From Nannocystales bacterium (GTDB lineage Bacteria; Myxococcota_A; Polyangia; Nannocystales; Nannocystaceae): DNA of 64,000 nucleotides. The notes under the pieces were generated by a model. The model made no database searches, was not told where the DNA came from, and was given only the letters and a program-made list of their open reading frames with translations. Below are positions 38,395-49,475 of the stretch, one piece after another (within the stretch, counting starts at the first letter, position 1; the number at the start of each line of letters is the position of its first letter). Both the position numbers and the translations under genes were made by a program. Location: the NCBI GenBank assembly GCA_050633305.1, contig JBOEGF010000010.1, positions 800,001 through 864,000 of the forward strand, given 5' to 3'.

Positions 38395-39756
38395 ATGCAC
38401 GGCGCGTGGAGGCTTTCGGTGTTGCTGCTCGCGTTGGGATGCGCGGAGCCTGCTCCGCTCGCGGAGCGCATGCCGTCTCCCGCGGGAACCCGACTGCGCC
38501 GAGCGGAGTCGGAACCCGAGCCGTGGTCGGAGCCGTGGATGCTTCGCGAGGGGCAGCGGTTCATCGAAGACACTGCGTATCGTCGGGCTGCGCTCGAGTA
38601 TTCGCTGGTCAATCCTGACAATCTCTACTCTCGGCAACGGCTCGCATCGTACGGACTCGGCGAGCGTCGCTGGGATCGGCTGCCCCAGTGGAACCCGCGA
38701 GCGAGCCCTGTGACGGGAGCGCTCGCCGCCCAGCTCGAGCGCGGAGAGGTCCCGGCAGCCCCAGCCGACCGCTTGTGGGACGGTATCCAGCCCTCGACGA
38801 TGGAAGGCTGGGTGGAGCTGGGACGGAAGGTCTTCTTCGGGTACCCGATGCGCGCGGAGGTCTACATGGAGTGGGGCCTGACCCAGCCATCCATCGCCGA
38901 GGCTGTGGGCGTGGAGCGGAGCGCCGAGGGCGACGTTCCTGGACTCGTGGTGTTCGTCGACGTGGACCGTGAGGTTCGGGTCGGCATCACCTGCGCCATC
39001 TGTCACACGTCGGTCGAGCAGGGAGGCGTGGTCGAAGGAGCGGCGCGGCGTAGCTTTGACTACGGACGGCTGCGATTGGAGTACTTCGCCGACACGGGTG
39101 CTTGGGTCGAGCCGAGCCTTGCAGCACGGATGGCTGGCTGGGGCCCCGGTCGTGCCGACGTCACGGAGGATGACGACGAGGACCCGGTGACCATCCCCGA
39201 CCTGTGGGGTCTTCGGCATCAACGCTGGCTGACGCAAGCGGGGACGATTCGTCACGATAGCCCGCTCGCCCTCGCGATCCGGCAAGAGACCCAGCTGACC
39301 GACTCGAATCACTCGATGGTCCGTCCGCCGCGAGCGCTGGCATGGGCGCTGGCAATGTACGTTTATTCGCTCGAGCCGGCGGAGCGCTCCGCGGTCGGCA
39401 GCCCCCGCGGGGAGGGGGTCTTTGATGAGCACTGTGGGTCGTGCCACTCGGGGCAGGGGTATGGCGGACGCATGATCGCCGCGGCCGCGATCGGCACCGA
39501 CCCTTCGCTCGCGACGGGCCGTGGTCGCGGCACGGGAAAGTACCGCGTCCCCTCGCTCGTCCGTGTCGCCGAGGGGGCCCCCTACCTGCACGACGGGTCG
39601 GTTTCGTCGCTTCGCGAGCTGTTGTCGCCCATGAGGCTGCGACCGGACTACGCGGACGGACGCTTTGGGCCCGGGCCGATTCCCGGGCACACGGCGGGGA
39701 CCGATCTCTCGGGCGAGGAGACGGAGTCTCTGCTCGAGTTCCTCCGCTCGATCTAA
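38395..39756 (+). CDS. di-heme c-type cytochrome lipoprotein (CcP/MauG/RoxA-like C-terminus)
   Basis: ALGC lipobox; CAICH and CGSCH heme sites; YRVPSL...APYLHDGSV. Confidence 0.82.
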   Translation: MHGAWRLSVLLLALGCAEPAPLAERMPSPAGTRLRRAESEPEPWSEPWMLREGQRFIEDTAYRRAALEYSLVNPDNLYSRQRLASYGLGERRWDRLPQWNPRASPVTGALAAQLERGEVPAAPADRLWDGIQPSTMEGWVELGRKVFFGYPMRAEVYMEWGLTQPSIAEAVGVERSAEGDVPGLVVFVDVDREVRVGITCAICHTSVEQGGVVEGAARRSFDYGRLRLEYFADTGAWVEPSLAARMAGWGPGRADVTEDDDEDPVTIPDLWGLRHQRWLTQAGTIRHDSPLALAIRQETQLTDSNHSMVRPPRALAWALAMYVYSLEPAERSAVGSPRGEGVFDEHCGSCHSGQGYGGRMIAAAAIGTDPSLATGRGRGTGKYRVPSLVRVAEGAPYLHDGSVSSLRELLSPMRLRPDYADGRFGPGPIPGHTAGTDLSGEETESLLEFLRSI

Positions 39757-39765
39757 CGGGCGAGG

Positions 39766-40470
39766 TCAGGTCTTGACGTTGGGTGGCAGGCTTGCCGGGA
39801 CGTCCACGACGACGTTCTGCTCCAAGGTCTGGTCCGAGCCCGCGATTGAGACCACGGCCTTGACGGTGTACGTCTGGCTGCGACGATCCTTGACCTTGTT
39901 CCACTCAGGCGAGGTCACCCCATAGCTCACCGAGAGGTCTTGCCCGGGCTCGATCTTCTCGTCCCAGGGCGCGTAGCCGTCGGCGTCCGACCACACGCTC
40001 GGGGACTGGGTCTCGAGCATCCCCACGGATTCGCCGGAGGCAAGCCGGAGCTCCACCGACTTCACCGTGATCTGGGTCGGCGCGGCACCTTCGGGGGCGG
40101 TGACGGCGAGCTGAATCGAGCTCTGCTTGCAGCGGCGTTTCGCTCGCTTGCGCTTTGCGCCCGGCGCTTGGTCTCCCTTGAGCGTGCTCTTGCTCTTGCG
40201 CTTGGCGACCGGGGCGGCGGGCTTGGTGTTGGGTACCCCGCCACAGTCGTCCGCGAGCGTCGCCGCGGTCATGAGCACGATGACGTCAGCGGCTCCGGCT
40301 TCTGGCGCCGGGTCCTTCCCGGGCTCGGGTTCCGGCGTCACTTCCGGGACCGGTTGAGGCTCGGACTCGGGTTGTGCCGGCGAGACGGGGGGTTGCTCGT
40401 CCGCCGAGCTGGGTCCGGTCGGACTACAGCCCAACAAACCGACGACGATGACCGCGAGTCCCTTGCGCAT
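39766..40470 (-). CDS. hypothetical lipoprotein
   Basis: LLGC lipobox, Pro/Glu linker, Lys-rich insert. Confidence 0.72.
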   Translation of the reverse strand: MRKGLAVIVVGLLGCSPTGPSSADEQPPVSPAQPESEPQPVPEVTPEPEPGKDPAPEAGAADVIVLMTAATLADDCGGVPNTKPAAPVAKRKSKSTLKGDQAPGAKRKRAKRRCKQSSIQLAVTAPEGAAPTQITVKSVELRLASGESVGMLETQSPSVWSDADGYAPWDEKIEPGQDLSVSYGVTSPEWNKVKDRRSQTYTVKAVVSIAGSDQTLEQNVVVDVPASLPPNVKT

Positions 40471-40545
40471 CCGTCACGATACCAACCCGGGCAGCCCTGG
40501 TGCCCTCTTGACGCACCGCGACGTCTTCTGCGCCCCGGACGGGCG

Positions 40546-41922
40546 TCAGGCGGACGTTTTGCCCTTGGGCTTGGCGTTCCAGACCCGGCGGGCGAGGAGC
40601 AGGCCAATGAGGGCGACGGGGACCATGGCGACAGGCCACGCGAGCCAGTTGCCCGGGTCGGCGGCGGCTTCACCATCGGGAAGGATCTTGCCGTAGGTGA
40701 ACGACATCACCGCGGTGCCCGCATACACGAAGCCGTCGATGATGCCGACGGCGACGCCGACGTTCTTGCGGCCGCCAAAGTCCATGCTGGCGGTGCCGCT
40801 GAGCATGCCGTGGACACCGATGATGCACATCGACATGAAGACGATCGTCCACGGCAGGGCGGGGGAGCCCACGAGGAAGACCATCACCGCAGCGCCGGCC
40901 AGCATGAAACCGTACAGGGTTGCGGCGACTGGACCACGTCGGGAGTTGAAGATGTGGTCGGAGATGGTGCCCGCGAAGACGCCCCCCATGATGCCCGCGC
41001 AGCACAGCAGCATGCCCCAGTTTTCGTACACGAAGCTGTCGGTCTGCCCGATGCCTTTCGCGTAGGCCCGGTACCACTGCATGATCGCCTGGCGGAGGAA
41101 CCCGCTGCAGAACTCGATCGCGGCGATGGTCATCACCACGCTGTTGGTGAGCATCATCTTGAACACCGCGACCGCAGGGAGCCGGGGTCCGTCGTCACCG
41201 GAGGACGCATCCTCGGTATCGAAGTCCCCCAGGCCCGCATCGCCCGGGGTGTTCTTCACGGCAAAGAGCACGACGACAGCGATGATCGCGAGCAGAACGG
41301 AGGGCGTGAAGAATACCCACTCCAAGCTGAACGCATCGACGATCATGCCGCCGACATCGAACGCAAAGTAGATGCCCAGCGAGATCAGAATGCCAAAGAT
41401 GGCTCCGAACACGCCGCGCTCTCGAACGTGGAACCACGGCGCGTTGATCTTGACGATCGATACAGCGCCGAAGCTCTGAAAGTACATGTTGATGCCGTAG
41501 AGCACCGAGAACGTCGTGACGAGGTTCTGCGTGTCTCCGCTGAGCGTGACCCAGCCCATCGCTGCGTTGGCGAGCAGCGAGCCCGAGGCCCCGATGAGGA
41601 CGGCTTTCTTGCCCCCGATGCGGTCCGTGAGGGGGCCGTTGACGACGAATGAGGCGCCGTAGACCGCTGTGCCGACGCCGAAGATCGTGGCGAAATCGGC
41701 GTTGGTCATCAGGTCGCCGAACGCACCCTTGGCGACCGTCAGGTTGTAGCGCCCCATGTACAGGAACGCGTAGAGCATGCCGACCGGCAACCAGTTGCGG
41801 ATCCTGCGGGCCCGAAACGCCGCCGTATGGCCGACCTCGATACGAGGCAGCCGGCTCACCGTCAGTGCGATGACGACGAGCAGGATCAGGATCGGAGCGA
41901 AGTCTTGGATCCACTGCGGCAT
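40546..41922 (-). CDS. MFS transporter, GlpT/UhpT (OPA)-like
   Basis: YMGRYNL, GPLTDRIGGK, WFHVRERG and SDHIFNSRR motifs; about 12 TM segments. Confidence 0.9.
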   Translation of the reverse strand: MPQWIQDFAPILILLVVIALTVSRLPRIEVGHTAAFRARRIRNWLPVGMLYAFLYMGRYNLTVAKGAFGDLMTNADFATIFGVGTAVYGASFVVNGPLTDRIGGKKAVLIGASGSLLANAAMGWVTLSGDTQNLVTTFSVLYGINMYFQSFGAVSIVKINAPWFHVRERGVFGAIFGILISLGIYFAFDVGGMIVDAFSLEWVFFTPSVLLAIIAVVVLFAVKNTPGDAGLGDFDTEDASSGDDGPRLPAVAVFKMMLTNSVVMTIAAIEFCSGFLRQAIMQWYRAYAKGIGQTDSFVYENWGMLLCCAGIMGGVFAGTISDHIFNSRRGPVAATLYGFMLAGAAVMVFLVGSPALPWTIVFMSMCIIGVHGMLSGTASMDFGGRKNVGVAVGIIDGFVYAGTAVMSFTYGKILPDGEAAADPGNWLAWPVAMVPVALIGLLLARRVWNAKPKGKTSA

Positions 41923-41937
41923 GACGGTGACTCGGGT

Positions 41938-42822
41938 CTACTTCACGAGACCAGCCACGATGGCCGGCAACTCACTCACACTCTCGACGATGTGATCGAT
42001 GGCTCCGCCTGCTTGGGTCTCGGTGACCCATTCGGGCGTATGGTCGTGTCGCCGAAGCACGATGGTGTCGGGCGCTTGCAGGATGCTACGGCCGCGCAGC
42101 GCGTGCGGGAGCGCCAGGTCCAGCGAGAAGACGTCGCCGATGATCACGTCGGGGCGCTCTGCGAGGATCGCAGCGCGATACTCTGGGCGGTCGAGATAGA
42201 TCTGTCGGCCGCTCACCTTCATGGCGTTTTGGGTCTCGCCCAGGAACCACTTCTTCGCCGAGCCACGGACGCGCAACGCGTGCCCCTCGTCCTCGCCCGC
42301 GTCGATGCCTGCGGACTGGAACCAGCTGACGATCTTCTCTGCGCCCGAGTTCGAGATGATCACGACCTCCGCACCGGCATCCTCGATCGCCTTGAGCAGC
42401 GCGGCAGCTTCGGGGACGATGCACGGAGGGTGGGCGTCAGCGAAGCTGGCCGTCGCGGTTCGGAAGCACCACTCGCCGAATACGGCCAGCGTTTCGTGGC
42501 CGGCGTCGGTGACCGCTTTCGCGTAGCGCTTGGCGGTGTCGCTCTCGCCCTCGTGCAGGACGCGGGTGAGCGCGCTCGCCTCGATCAGCGGGTCCTCGTC
42601 GATGTATGCAGAGATGCGTCCATCGGGCGCCCACCCGTGCTTTTCGGGGGCCTCCTTCATGGCAGCGCGGAGGACTCCGAGCTCATCGTGTGCTTGCGCC
42701 TGGGGCACGCCCGCGAACTCGGCGAGCTTGTTGATCATCCAGTCGATCAGGAGAGAAGCTTCGGGACCCTGGTTGGTCCAGACGCCATCGAAGTCTGAGA
42801 GGATTTTGAGCCGTTTTGACAT
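41938..42822 (-). CDS. HAD-like hydrolase
   Basis: SDFDGVWT, ISNS and IGDVFSLD motifs. Confidence 0.78.
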   Translation of the reverse strand: MSKRLKILSDFDGVWTNQGPEASLLIDWMINKLAEFAGVPQAQAHDELGVLRAAMKEAPEKHGWAPDGRISAYIDEDPLIEASALTRVLHEGESDTAKRYAKAVTDAGHETLAVFGEWCFRTATASFADAHPPCIVPEAAALLKAIEDAGAEVVIISNSGAEKIVSWFQSAGIDAGEDEGHALRVRGSAKKWFLGETQNAMKVSGRQIYLDRPEYRAAILAERPDVIIGDVFSLDLALPHALRGRSILQAPDTIVLRRHDHTPEWVTETQAGGAIDHIVESVSELPAIVAGLVK

Positions 42823-42966
42823 ACCAAGCGCGGAAGGTGCGGAGGGTATCAGCGCGGGCGACGACGCGCCTGACGCGGTCTGCGGCGGAAGCGGTCCCCT
42901 TGCCCCACAGCCCACTGGGGCCCTCTGAAACCATCGCAGAGTCAGCTCACATGGTAGGTACGGCGC

Positions 42967-44010
42967 GTGTTTGATGCGCAGTCCTACGTTCGCCCCTTCG
43001 TTCTCGACGAAGCGGGTCTCACGCTACGCGTGCTCGATCAGCGCAAACTCCCGGCGGCGGAGGTTTGGACCGAACCAAGGGAGGTCGAGGCGGTGGCGGT
43101 GGCGATCGAGGACCTCGTCGTTCGAGGAGCGCCCGCGATCGCGTGTGTCGCGGCGCTCGGCCTGGCCGTGTGCGTGCAGGACTTTGACGACGACCCGGGG
43201 CAGTTCAGAATCCAGGTGGAGGCGGCGTGCGTCCGGCTCTGGAACACCCGTCCCACCGCGGTGAACCTGTTCGTCGCGCTGCGGGAGATCCGGGAGGCGA
43301 TGGCGGGAGCGCCCGAGGATGCGGATGCGCCCACACTTCGGGCCCTGGTGCTTCAGACCGCCAAGGCGCATGCCGAAGGAGATTTGGCTTCGTGCCTGGC
43401 CATGGCTGGACACGGCGCCCCTCTGCTGCCGGACTCGGGAGCCGTGCTCACGCATTGCAACGCGGGCGCACTGGCGACCGCGGGCTACGGCACTGCGCTG
43501 GGCGTGCTGCGGCGCGGCCGGGAGATTGGGAAGCGCTACACGGTGCTCGCCGACGAGACCCGCCCAGTCCTTCAAGGTGCTCGGCTGACGGCCTGGGAGC
43601 TTCAGCATGACGGCGTCCCGGTGGAGGTCATCGCGGACAACATGGCTGGCGCCCTGATGGCATCGGGTGTGATCAAGGCGGCGGTGGTCGGTGCTGACCG
43701 GATCGCTCGCAATGGCGACGTCGCCAACAAAATCGGGACGTACACCGTGGCTGTGCTCTGCAAGCACCACGGGATTCCGTTCTACGTGGCTGCGCCGTGG
43801 ACCACGATCGATCGCAGTTTGGCCAGCGGTGCGGACATCCCGATCGAGGAGCGCAATCCGAGGGAGGTCAGGGTCCACGGCAGCACCCAGCTCACTCCGG
43901 AGGGCGTTGGGGTTCGCAACCCCGCCTTCGACGTGACGCCGGCCTCGCTCGTCACCAAGATCATCACCGAGACGGGGAACTTCGATCCCGGCCAGATCGC
44001 CGACGCTTGA
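42967..44010 (+). CDS. mtnA: methylthioribose-1-phosphate isomerase
   Basis: LDQRKLP, VRGAPAI, TRPTAVNL, THCNAGALAT, ETRP and NKIGTY motifs. Confidence 0.96.
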   Translation: MFDAQSYVRPFVLDEAGLTLRVLDQRKLPAAEVWTEPREVEAVAVAIEDLVVRGAPAIACVAALGLAVCVQDFDDDPGQFRIQVEAACVRLWNTRPTAVNLFVALREIREAMAGAPEDADAPTLRALVLQTAKAHAEGDLASCLAMAGHGAPLLPDSGAVLTHCNAGALATAGYGTALGVLRRGREIGKRYTVLADETRPVLQGARLTAWELQHDGVPVEVIADNMAGALMASGVIKAAVVGADRIARNGDVANKIGTYTVAVLCKHHGIPFYVAAPWTTIDRSLASGADIPIEERNPREVRVHGSTQLTPEGVGVRNPAFDVTPASLVTKIITETGNFDPGQIADA

Positions 44011-44665
44011 GTCGCTGCCGGGCGATACGCAGCGCGATTCGGCCGCCGTCGCGGAACGTTCGGAGGTGACTGTGTCCCGAGGCTCGGGCTCGTCGTGTGA
44101 CCGGGACCTCGACGATCTTTCCTCCGGTGCGGAGGAGCTCCAGCAGCAGGTCGACCTCGACGTCATACCCGTGCGCATCGAGGGCGCAGCGCAGGAACCG
44201 CTCACGCCGCAGGGCTCGAAAGCCAGCCTGGGTGTCGGTGAGCGCGGTGCTGAACAGCCCGTTGATCATGCCGGTCAGCGCGCGGTTGCCCCACGCGTGC
44301 AGCGGGCGAATCGCGTCGTCCTCGAAGTGACCCAGAAAACGAGAGCCGACGACCATGTCGACGTGGTCCCCGAGGGAGTCGAGCACGGTCGGGATGTCGG
44401 CGGGATCGTCCTGTCCGTCAGCATCCATGAACACCAGGATCTCGCCGTGGGCCTCGCGCGCACCTCGGCGGACGGCGACACCCTTGCCTCGATTCTGAGA
44501 CAGCTGAACGACCCGAGCTCCGGCCGCTGCCGCCACGATCGCCGTGTCATCCGACGAACCGTCATCGACGACGAGGACTTCATCGGCGTGCTCCAAGCAG
44601 CCGCGGATGACCGGTCCAATGTTGGGCGCCTCGTTCAGCGCGGCCAAGACGACGGTGACGTTCAT
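43964..44665 (-). CDS. GT2 glycosyltransferase (DPM1/GtrB-like)
   Basis: AALNEA, VVDDGSSD, NRGKG, MDADGQ, VVGSRF and DTQAGFR motifs. Confidence 0.9.
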   Translation of the reverse strand: MNVTVVLAALNEAPNIGPVIRGCLEHADEVLVVDDGSSDDTAIVAAAAGARVVQLSQNRGKGVAVRRGAREAHGEILVFMDADGQDDPADIPTVLDSLGDHVDMVVGSRFLGHFEDDAIRPLHAWGNRALTGMINGLFSTALTDTQAGFRALRRERFLRCALDAHGYDVEVDLLLELLRTGGKIVEVPVTRRARASGHSHLRTFRDGGRIALRIARQRLKRRRSGRDRSSPSR

Positions 44666-45792
44666 CCGCCCGACAGCTTGCGGAACAGCCACTCGGCGCC
44701 GAAGCGGTAGTTGACCCGCTCCCAGAACCAGGCGGCGACGAGCGCGAGGAAGAAGAATGCGAACACGAGCACCAGCGAGGCGTTCGCACCGAGGCCATGC
44801 CAGAGGTCGATCCCCTCGATCCGGCTGAGCCGGCGGAACAGCGGCACGTGGAGCAGCAGGAGCGTGAGAGAGATACGCCCCAGTGTGACCATGGGGTTGC
44901 GGCTGCTCATCGAGCGCCGGTTCTCGTAGGCGCTGACGCCCGCGATCAGCACAAGCGCGCCGCCCAGCAGAAGACCGGCGATCGCGATGCTGGCCGGGAA
45001 GAACCCCAAGTGCAACTCGAAGGCGCGGTGCAGGTAGACGTTGGACTTGGGGAGGACGCCAGCGTTGAGGAGCGCATGGCCGCCCCCGCCCAGTGCCATG
45101 AACGACAGGCCGAGCGCTGCAACTCGTCCGGTCTTGTCTTGCAGGAGCCACCGGCCCGAGGCGAACCCTGCCAGGTAGAAGGTCAGCCACGGAAGGATGG
45201 GGAACTGGCTCTCGGCGAGCGCGAGCCGGAACACGCCACCGGGGCGGGATGTGTCGCGCATGAACGGATTGTTCACCGCCATCGGCGTGTCGAGCCAGAC
45301 CCGCACGAGCACGGTCGTGACCAGCACGGCGCCGCAAACACCGAGGAGCGCCCGACTGGAGAGGCGTCGCCACAGCGGGGTGAGGGCCATCGCGAACCCC
45401 ATCATGTGGAGGACGAACCAGCTCCCCCAGGAAAACCACCCCGGGTCGCTGGCGTCGATGACCGAGCCCAAGCCCTGCATGACCAGGTTCAGTGCGAGTC
45501 CAAACAGCATCAGGACGAGGCCGCGGCGCACGAGGGTCTTGTCGGTCCCGGGGCGGCCAGCGGCGACGAACATCGCGCTGCCACACCCCGCCAACGTCAC
45601 GAACAACGGTGCAGCCATCCCGCCCAGCGCGTTGAACCCAACCAGCTGGGGGTAGTCCATCACGCTGCGGCCTGGTTCTGGCCCTTCCCAGACCCAGATG
45701 CCGACGTGCTGCTCGATCATGAGAAACACAGCAAGGCCTCGGAGCGCGTCGAGGGCGAGACGACGGCGCGGCTTGGGCGAAGCGTCGGTCAT
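44662..45792 (-). CDS. DUF1624/HGSNAT-like membrane acyltransferase
   Basis: LDALRGLAVFLMIEQH, APLFVTLAG, FPILPW; multiple TMs. Confidence 0.8.
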   Translation of the reverse strand: MTDASPKPRRRLALDALRGLAVFLMIEQHVGIWVWEGPEPGRSVMDYPQLVGFNALGGMAAPLFVTLAGCGSAMFVAAGRPGTDKTLVRRGLVLMLFGLALNLVMQGLGSVIDASDPGWFSWGSWFVLHMMGFAMALTPLWRRLSSRALLGVCGAVLVTTVLVRVWLDTPMAVNNPFMRDTSRPGGVFRLALAESQFPILPWLTFYLAGFASGRWLLQDKTGRVAALGLSFMALGGGGHALLNAGVLPKSNVYLHRAFELHLGFFPASIAIAGLLLGGALVLIAGVSAYENRRSMSSRNPMVTLGRISLTLLLLHVPLFRRLSRIEGIDLWHGLGANASLVLVFAFFFLALVAAWFWERVNYRFGAEWLFRKLSGG

Positions 45793-45841
45793 CGGTTCGC
45801 GGAGCGTACCTCGGCTGTGCTTGGTACAACCACATACGGTC

Positions 45842-47062
45842 ATGATTTTTCATGTCGACATGGACGCGTTCTACGCGTCGGTCGAGGTCCGAGACGACCC
45901 ATCTCTCCGGGGCAAACCCGTGCTTGTCGGAGGAGAAGGCAATCGCGGAGTCGTATGCGCTGCGAGCTACGAGGCTCGAGAGTTTGGCTGTCGCTCTGCA
46001 CAACCGATGGCGGTCGCGGTCCGGCGCTGTCCGCATGCCGTGGTCTTGCCCCCCCGGTTCGAGGTCTACTCCGAAGCCTCAGCCCAGGTGTTCGACGTGT
46101 TCGACCGCTACTCCCCGGTGGTCGAGGGTCTGAGTATCGACGAGGCGTTTCTCGACATGACCGGGTCTCAGCGATTGCTTGGGACGCCTCGAATCGCCGC
46201 CGAGGCGCTGCGGGGCGAAGTGGTCGAGGCGACTGGCGGTCTGACCTGCACGGTGGGTATTTCGGCGGTGAAGTTCATCTCCAAGATCGCCTCGGCGATG
46301 AACAAACCCAACGGTCTGACGGAGGTGCCCGTGGGGGCCGAACTCGACTTCCTGGCGCCGCTTCCGATCAGCAAGCTGTGGGGCGTAGGGCCGAAGACCC
46401 AGGAGCGGCTGCATGAGCTGGGCGTGAAGGTTGTCGGGGACCTGAGGCGATTCGACCTCGAGATGTTCGTCCGACGCTTCGGCGAGCACGGAGCTCATCT
46501 GCACGCGCTGGCCCACGCCCGGGACCCGCGACGCGTGGAGTCCGGTCGAGAACGCAAGAGCATCAGTCACGAAGACACCTATCACCAGGACGTGATGGGA
46601 CGTGAGGCGTTACGGGCCAAGTTGCTCTCTCAAGCGACTCGGGTCGCGGACCGGCTCGTTCGCAAGAACCTGGTCGGCGGCAAGGTTCAGCTAAAGATCC
46701 GAGATACGGACTTCAAGACACAGACGCGGCAGTGCACGTTGTCGGTGCCGACCAACCAGGCGAAGACGATCTACGCGGAGGCGTGCCGCTTGCTCGATGG
46801 ACTCGACCTCGACCGTCGGCGCTTTCGGCTGACAGGGGTTGGCATCGGGGAGCTTCGAGGGGAGGGCACAGGGGCACCGCAGCAACTCGACCTCCTCTCG
46901 GCGGTGGCCGAGCCCGAGGAGGACAAGAACGCCCAGCTTCAGGCCGTGCTGACTGCCGTTCGTGGCCGTTTCGGACACGAGGCGCTCTTTCCCGCGGCGG
47001 CGGGCCGAGTGGAGCGGGCGGGTGCGACCGGCGCGACGAGCAAGACGCTCGATGAGGAGTGA
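45842..47062 (+). CDS. dinB: DNA polymerase IV
   Basis: HVDMDAFYASVE, ASYEAREFG, SIDEAFLD, KPNG and LWGVGPKT motifs. Confidence 0.96.
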   Translation: MIFHVDMDAFYASVEVRDDPSLRGKPVLVGGEGNRGVVCAASYEAREFGCRSAQPMAVAVRRCPHAVVLPPRFEVYSEASAQVFDVFDRYSPVVEGLSIDEAFLDMTGSQRLLGTPRIAAEALRGEVVEATGGLTCTVGISAVKFISKIASAMNKPNGLTEVPVGAELDFLAPLPISKLWGVGPKTQERLHELGVKVVGDLRRFDLEMFVRRFGEHGAHLHALAHARDPRRVESGRERKSISHEDTYHQDVMGREALRAKLLSQATRVADRLVRKNLVGGKVQLKIRDTDFKTQTRQCTLSVPTNQAKTIYAEACRLLDGLDLDRRRFRLTGVGIGELRGEGTGAPQQLDLLSAVAEPEEDKNAQLQAVLTAVRGRFGHEALFPAAAGRVERAGATGATSKTLDEE

Positions 47063-47068
47063 CGCCGC

Positions 47069-48099
<1,031 letters not shown>

Positions 48100-48103
<4 letters not shown>

Positions 48104-48705
48104 GCGACGAAAACAGGACACGGAATCGTGCTCAGTTCGCCAATGAGGGGGGCGTGGACGATCCCGACTCCCAGCCCAGCGAGCCGTTGGCCGACCTCGC
48201 GGGCGTATTTCGGGACCACCACGGGTTCGTTTGGCGCAGTTTGGTGCATCTCGGTCTGCCCACGGCCACCGTCGACGATGCCCTGCAGGACGTGTTCTTG
48301 GTCGTTCACCGCCGCATCGGTCACTTCGACGGGCGAACCTCGATTCGGAACTGGCTGTACGGAATCACGCGCCGGGTGGCCAGCGAGTACCGTCGCGGAA
48401 CCCGGCGCGCGATTCGTCGACTCGAAGTTGTTCGCGATCCCGACACTCATGCGGACCCGGAGGGCCTCGCGAACCGAATCTCGGCGGCCGACGCGGTCGC
48501 GAAGGTGTTGGACACGCTCGATGAGGACAAACGAGAGGTTTTCGTGTTGGCCGAAGTCGAGGGGATGACGTCGGTTGAGATCGCCGAAGCGCTGCAAACG
48601 AACGTCAACACGATCTATGGGCGTCTACGTGCCGCTCGCCTGCATTTTGCTCGGGCCCTCAAGCGCGAGCAGGCGCGCGCGGGTCGCCAGGAGAGACAAC
48701 GATGA
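48100..48705 (+). CDS. ECF RNA polymerase sigma factor
   Basis: [27 protein letters not shown]...EIA...NVNTIYGRL; start may lie slightly downstream. Confidence 0.92.
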
Positions 48706-49475
48706 ACGAGAACGAACGCGCTGCACTCGCGGAGTACCGTGGCTCGCTGGGGAGGAAGCAGCCCGAACAGGACCGGGACTGGGCTCGTCTCGTGAGCAAG
48801 ATCGAGGCCGGTGCGCAGCCGCTTTCGGTGGAGCTTGAGGCGCGCCCGCGACGTCGATGGCTTCCGTGGGGACTTGGCGCGGCGGTTGCGGTCCTGAGCG
48901 CCGTGTGGGCGTGGCCGGAGCCCGAGCCGGCCGACGCCGCTCATCGACCCGGCGGAGCCCAGGCGGCATATGGGGCCGGGGAACAGACGTCTTCGGCCTC
49001 GGTCCGCTCACAGTCCCTGCCTGTTCGTAGCGTGGACCCCGGACGACAACCTTCGACATCGGGCGCACCCTCGGTCGAGCCGGACCTCCCGCCGGCTCCC
49101 GTTCCGGCTCTCGCCCCCGAGGCGAGGCGGGGTATCGTGGACCGTCGCAGTCGAGCGCCGGCCTCCGGTCGCGAGGTCGAGCCCGCGGCGGAGGTTCCCA
49201 AGACCCACAATGTGGTCGCAGAGGCGAAGGCGCTGCGAGAGATTCGAGCCGCGTTGCGAGACCAGGACGGACGGCATGCGCTCGGGTTGCTCCGACGCTA
49301 CCGCTCCCGGTTTCCAACCGGGGTGCTTCGGGATGAGGCGACGGTGCTGCACGCAGACGCGTTGTGCTTGGATGGGCAACGGGAGAGGGCTCGAACCATC
49401 GCGGCTCGCTTCGCTCGTTCGCATCCCCGCTCGCCGCTTGCCGGGAGAGCCCGGGGCCTATGCGAGGACTCGTGA
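48702..49475 (+). CDS. putative single-pass anti-sigma factor with C-terminal TPR-like helices
   Basis: ATGA overlap with the ECF gene; one TM; ALGLLRRYRSRFPTGVLRDE...FARSHPRSP. Confidence 0.7.
   Translation: MNENERAALAEYRGSLGRKQPEQDRDWARLVSKIEAGAQPLSVELEARPRRRWLPWGLGAAVAVLSAVWAWPEPEPADAAHRPGGAQAAYGAGEQTSSASVRSQSLPVRSVDPGRQPSTSGAPSVEPDLPPAPVPALAPEARRGIVDRRSRAPASGREVEPAAEVPKTHNVVAEAKALREIRAALRDQDGRHALGLLRRYRSRFPTGVLRDEATVLHADALCLDGQRERARTIAARFARSHPRSPLAGRARGLCEDS

Noticed and set aside
45793..45841. LexA box upstream of dinB
   Set aside because: No recognisable palindrome or known SOS-box pattern in the 49-bp spacer
43964..46036. 690-aa ORF as a single fused protein
   Set aside because: Only the last 233 codons (from ATG 44665) are GT2-like; the rest is an off-frame shadow of the acyltransferase gene
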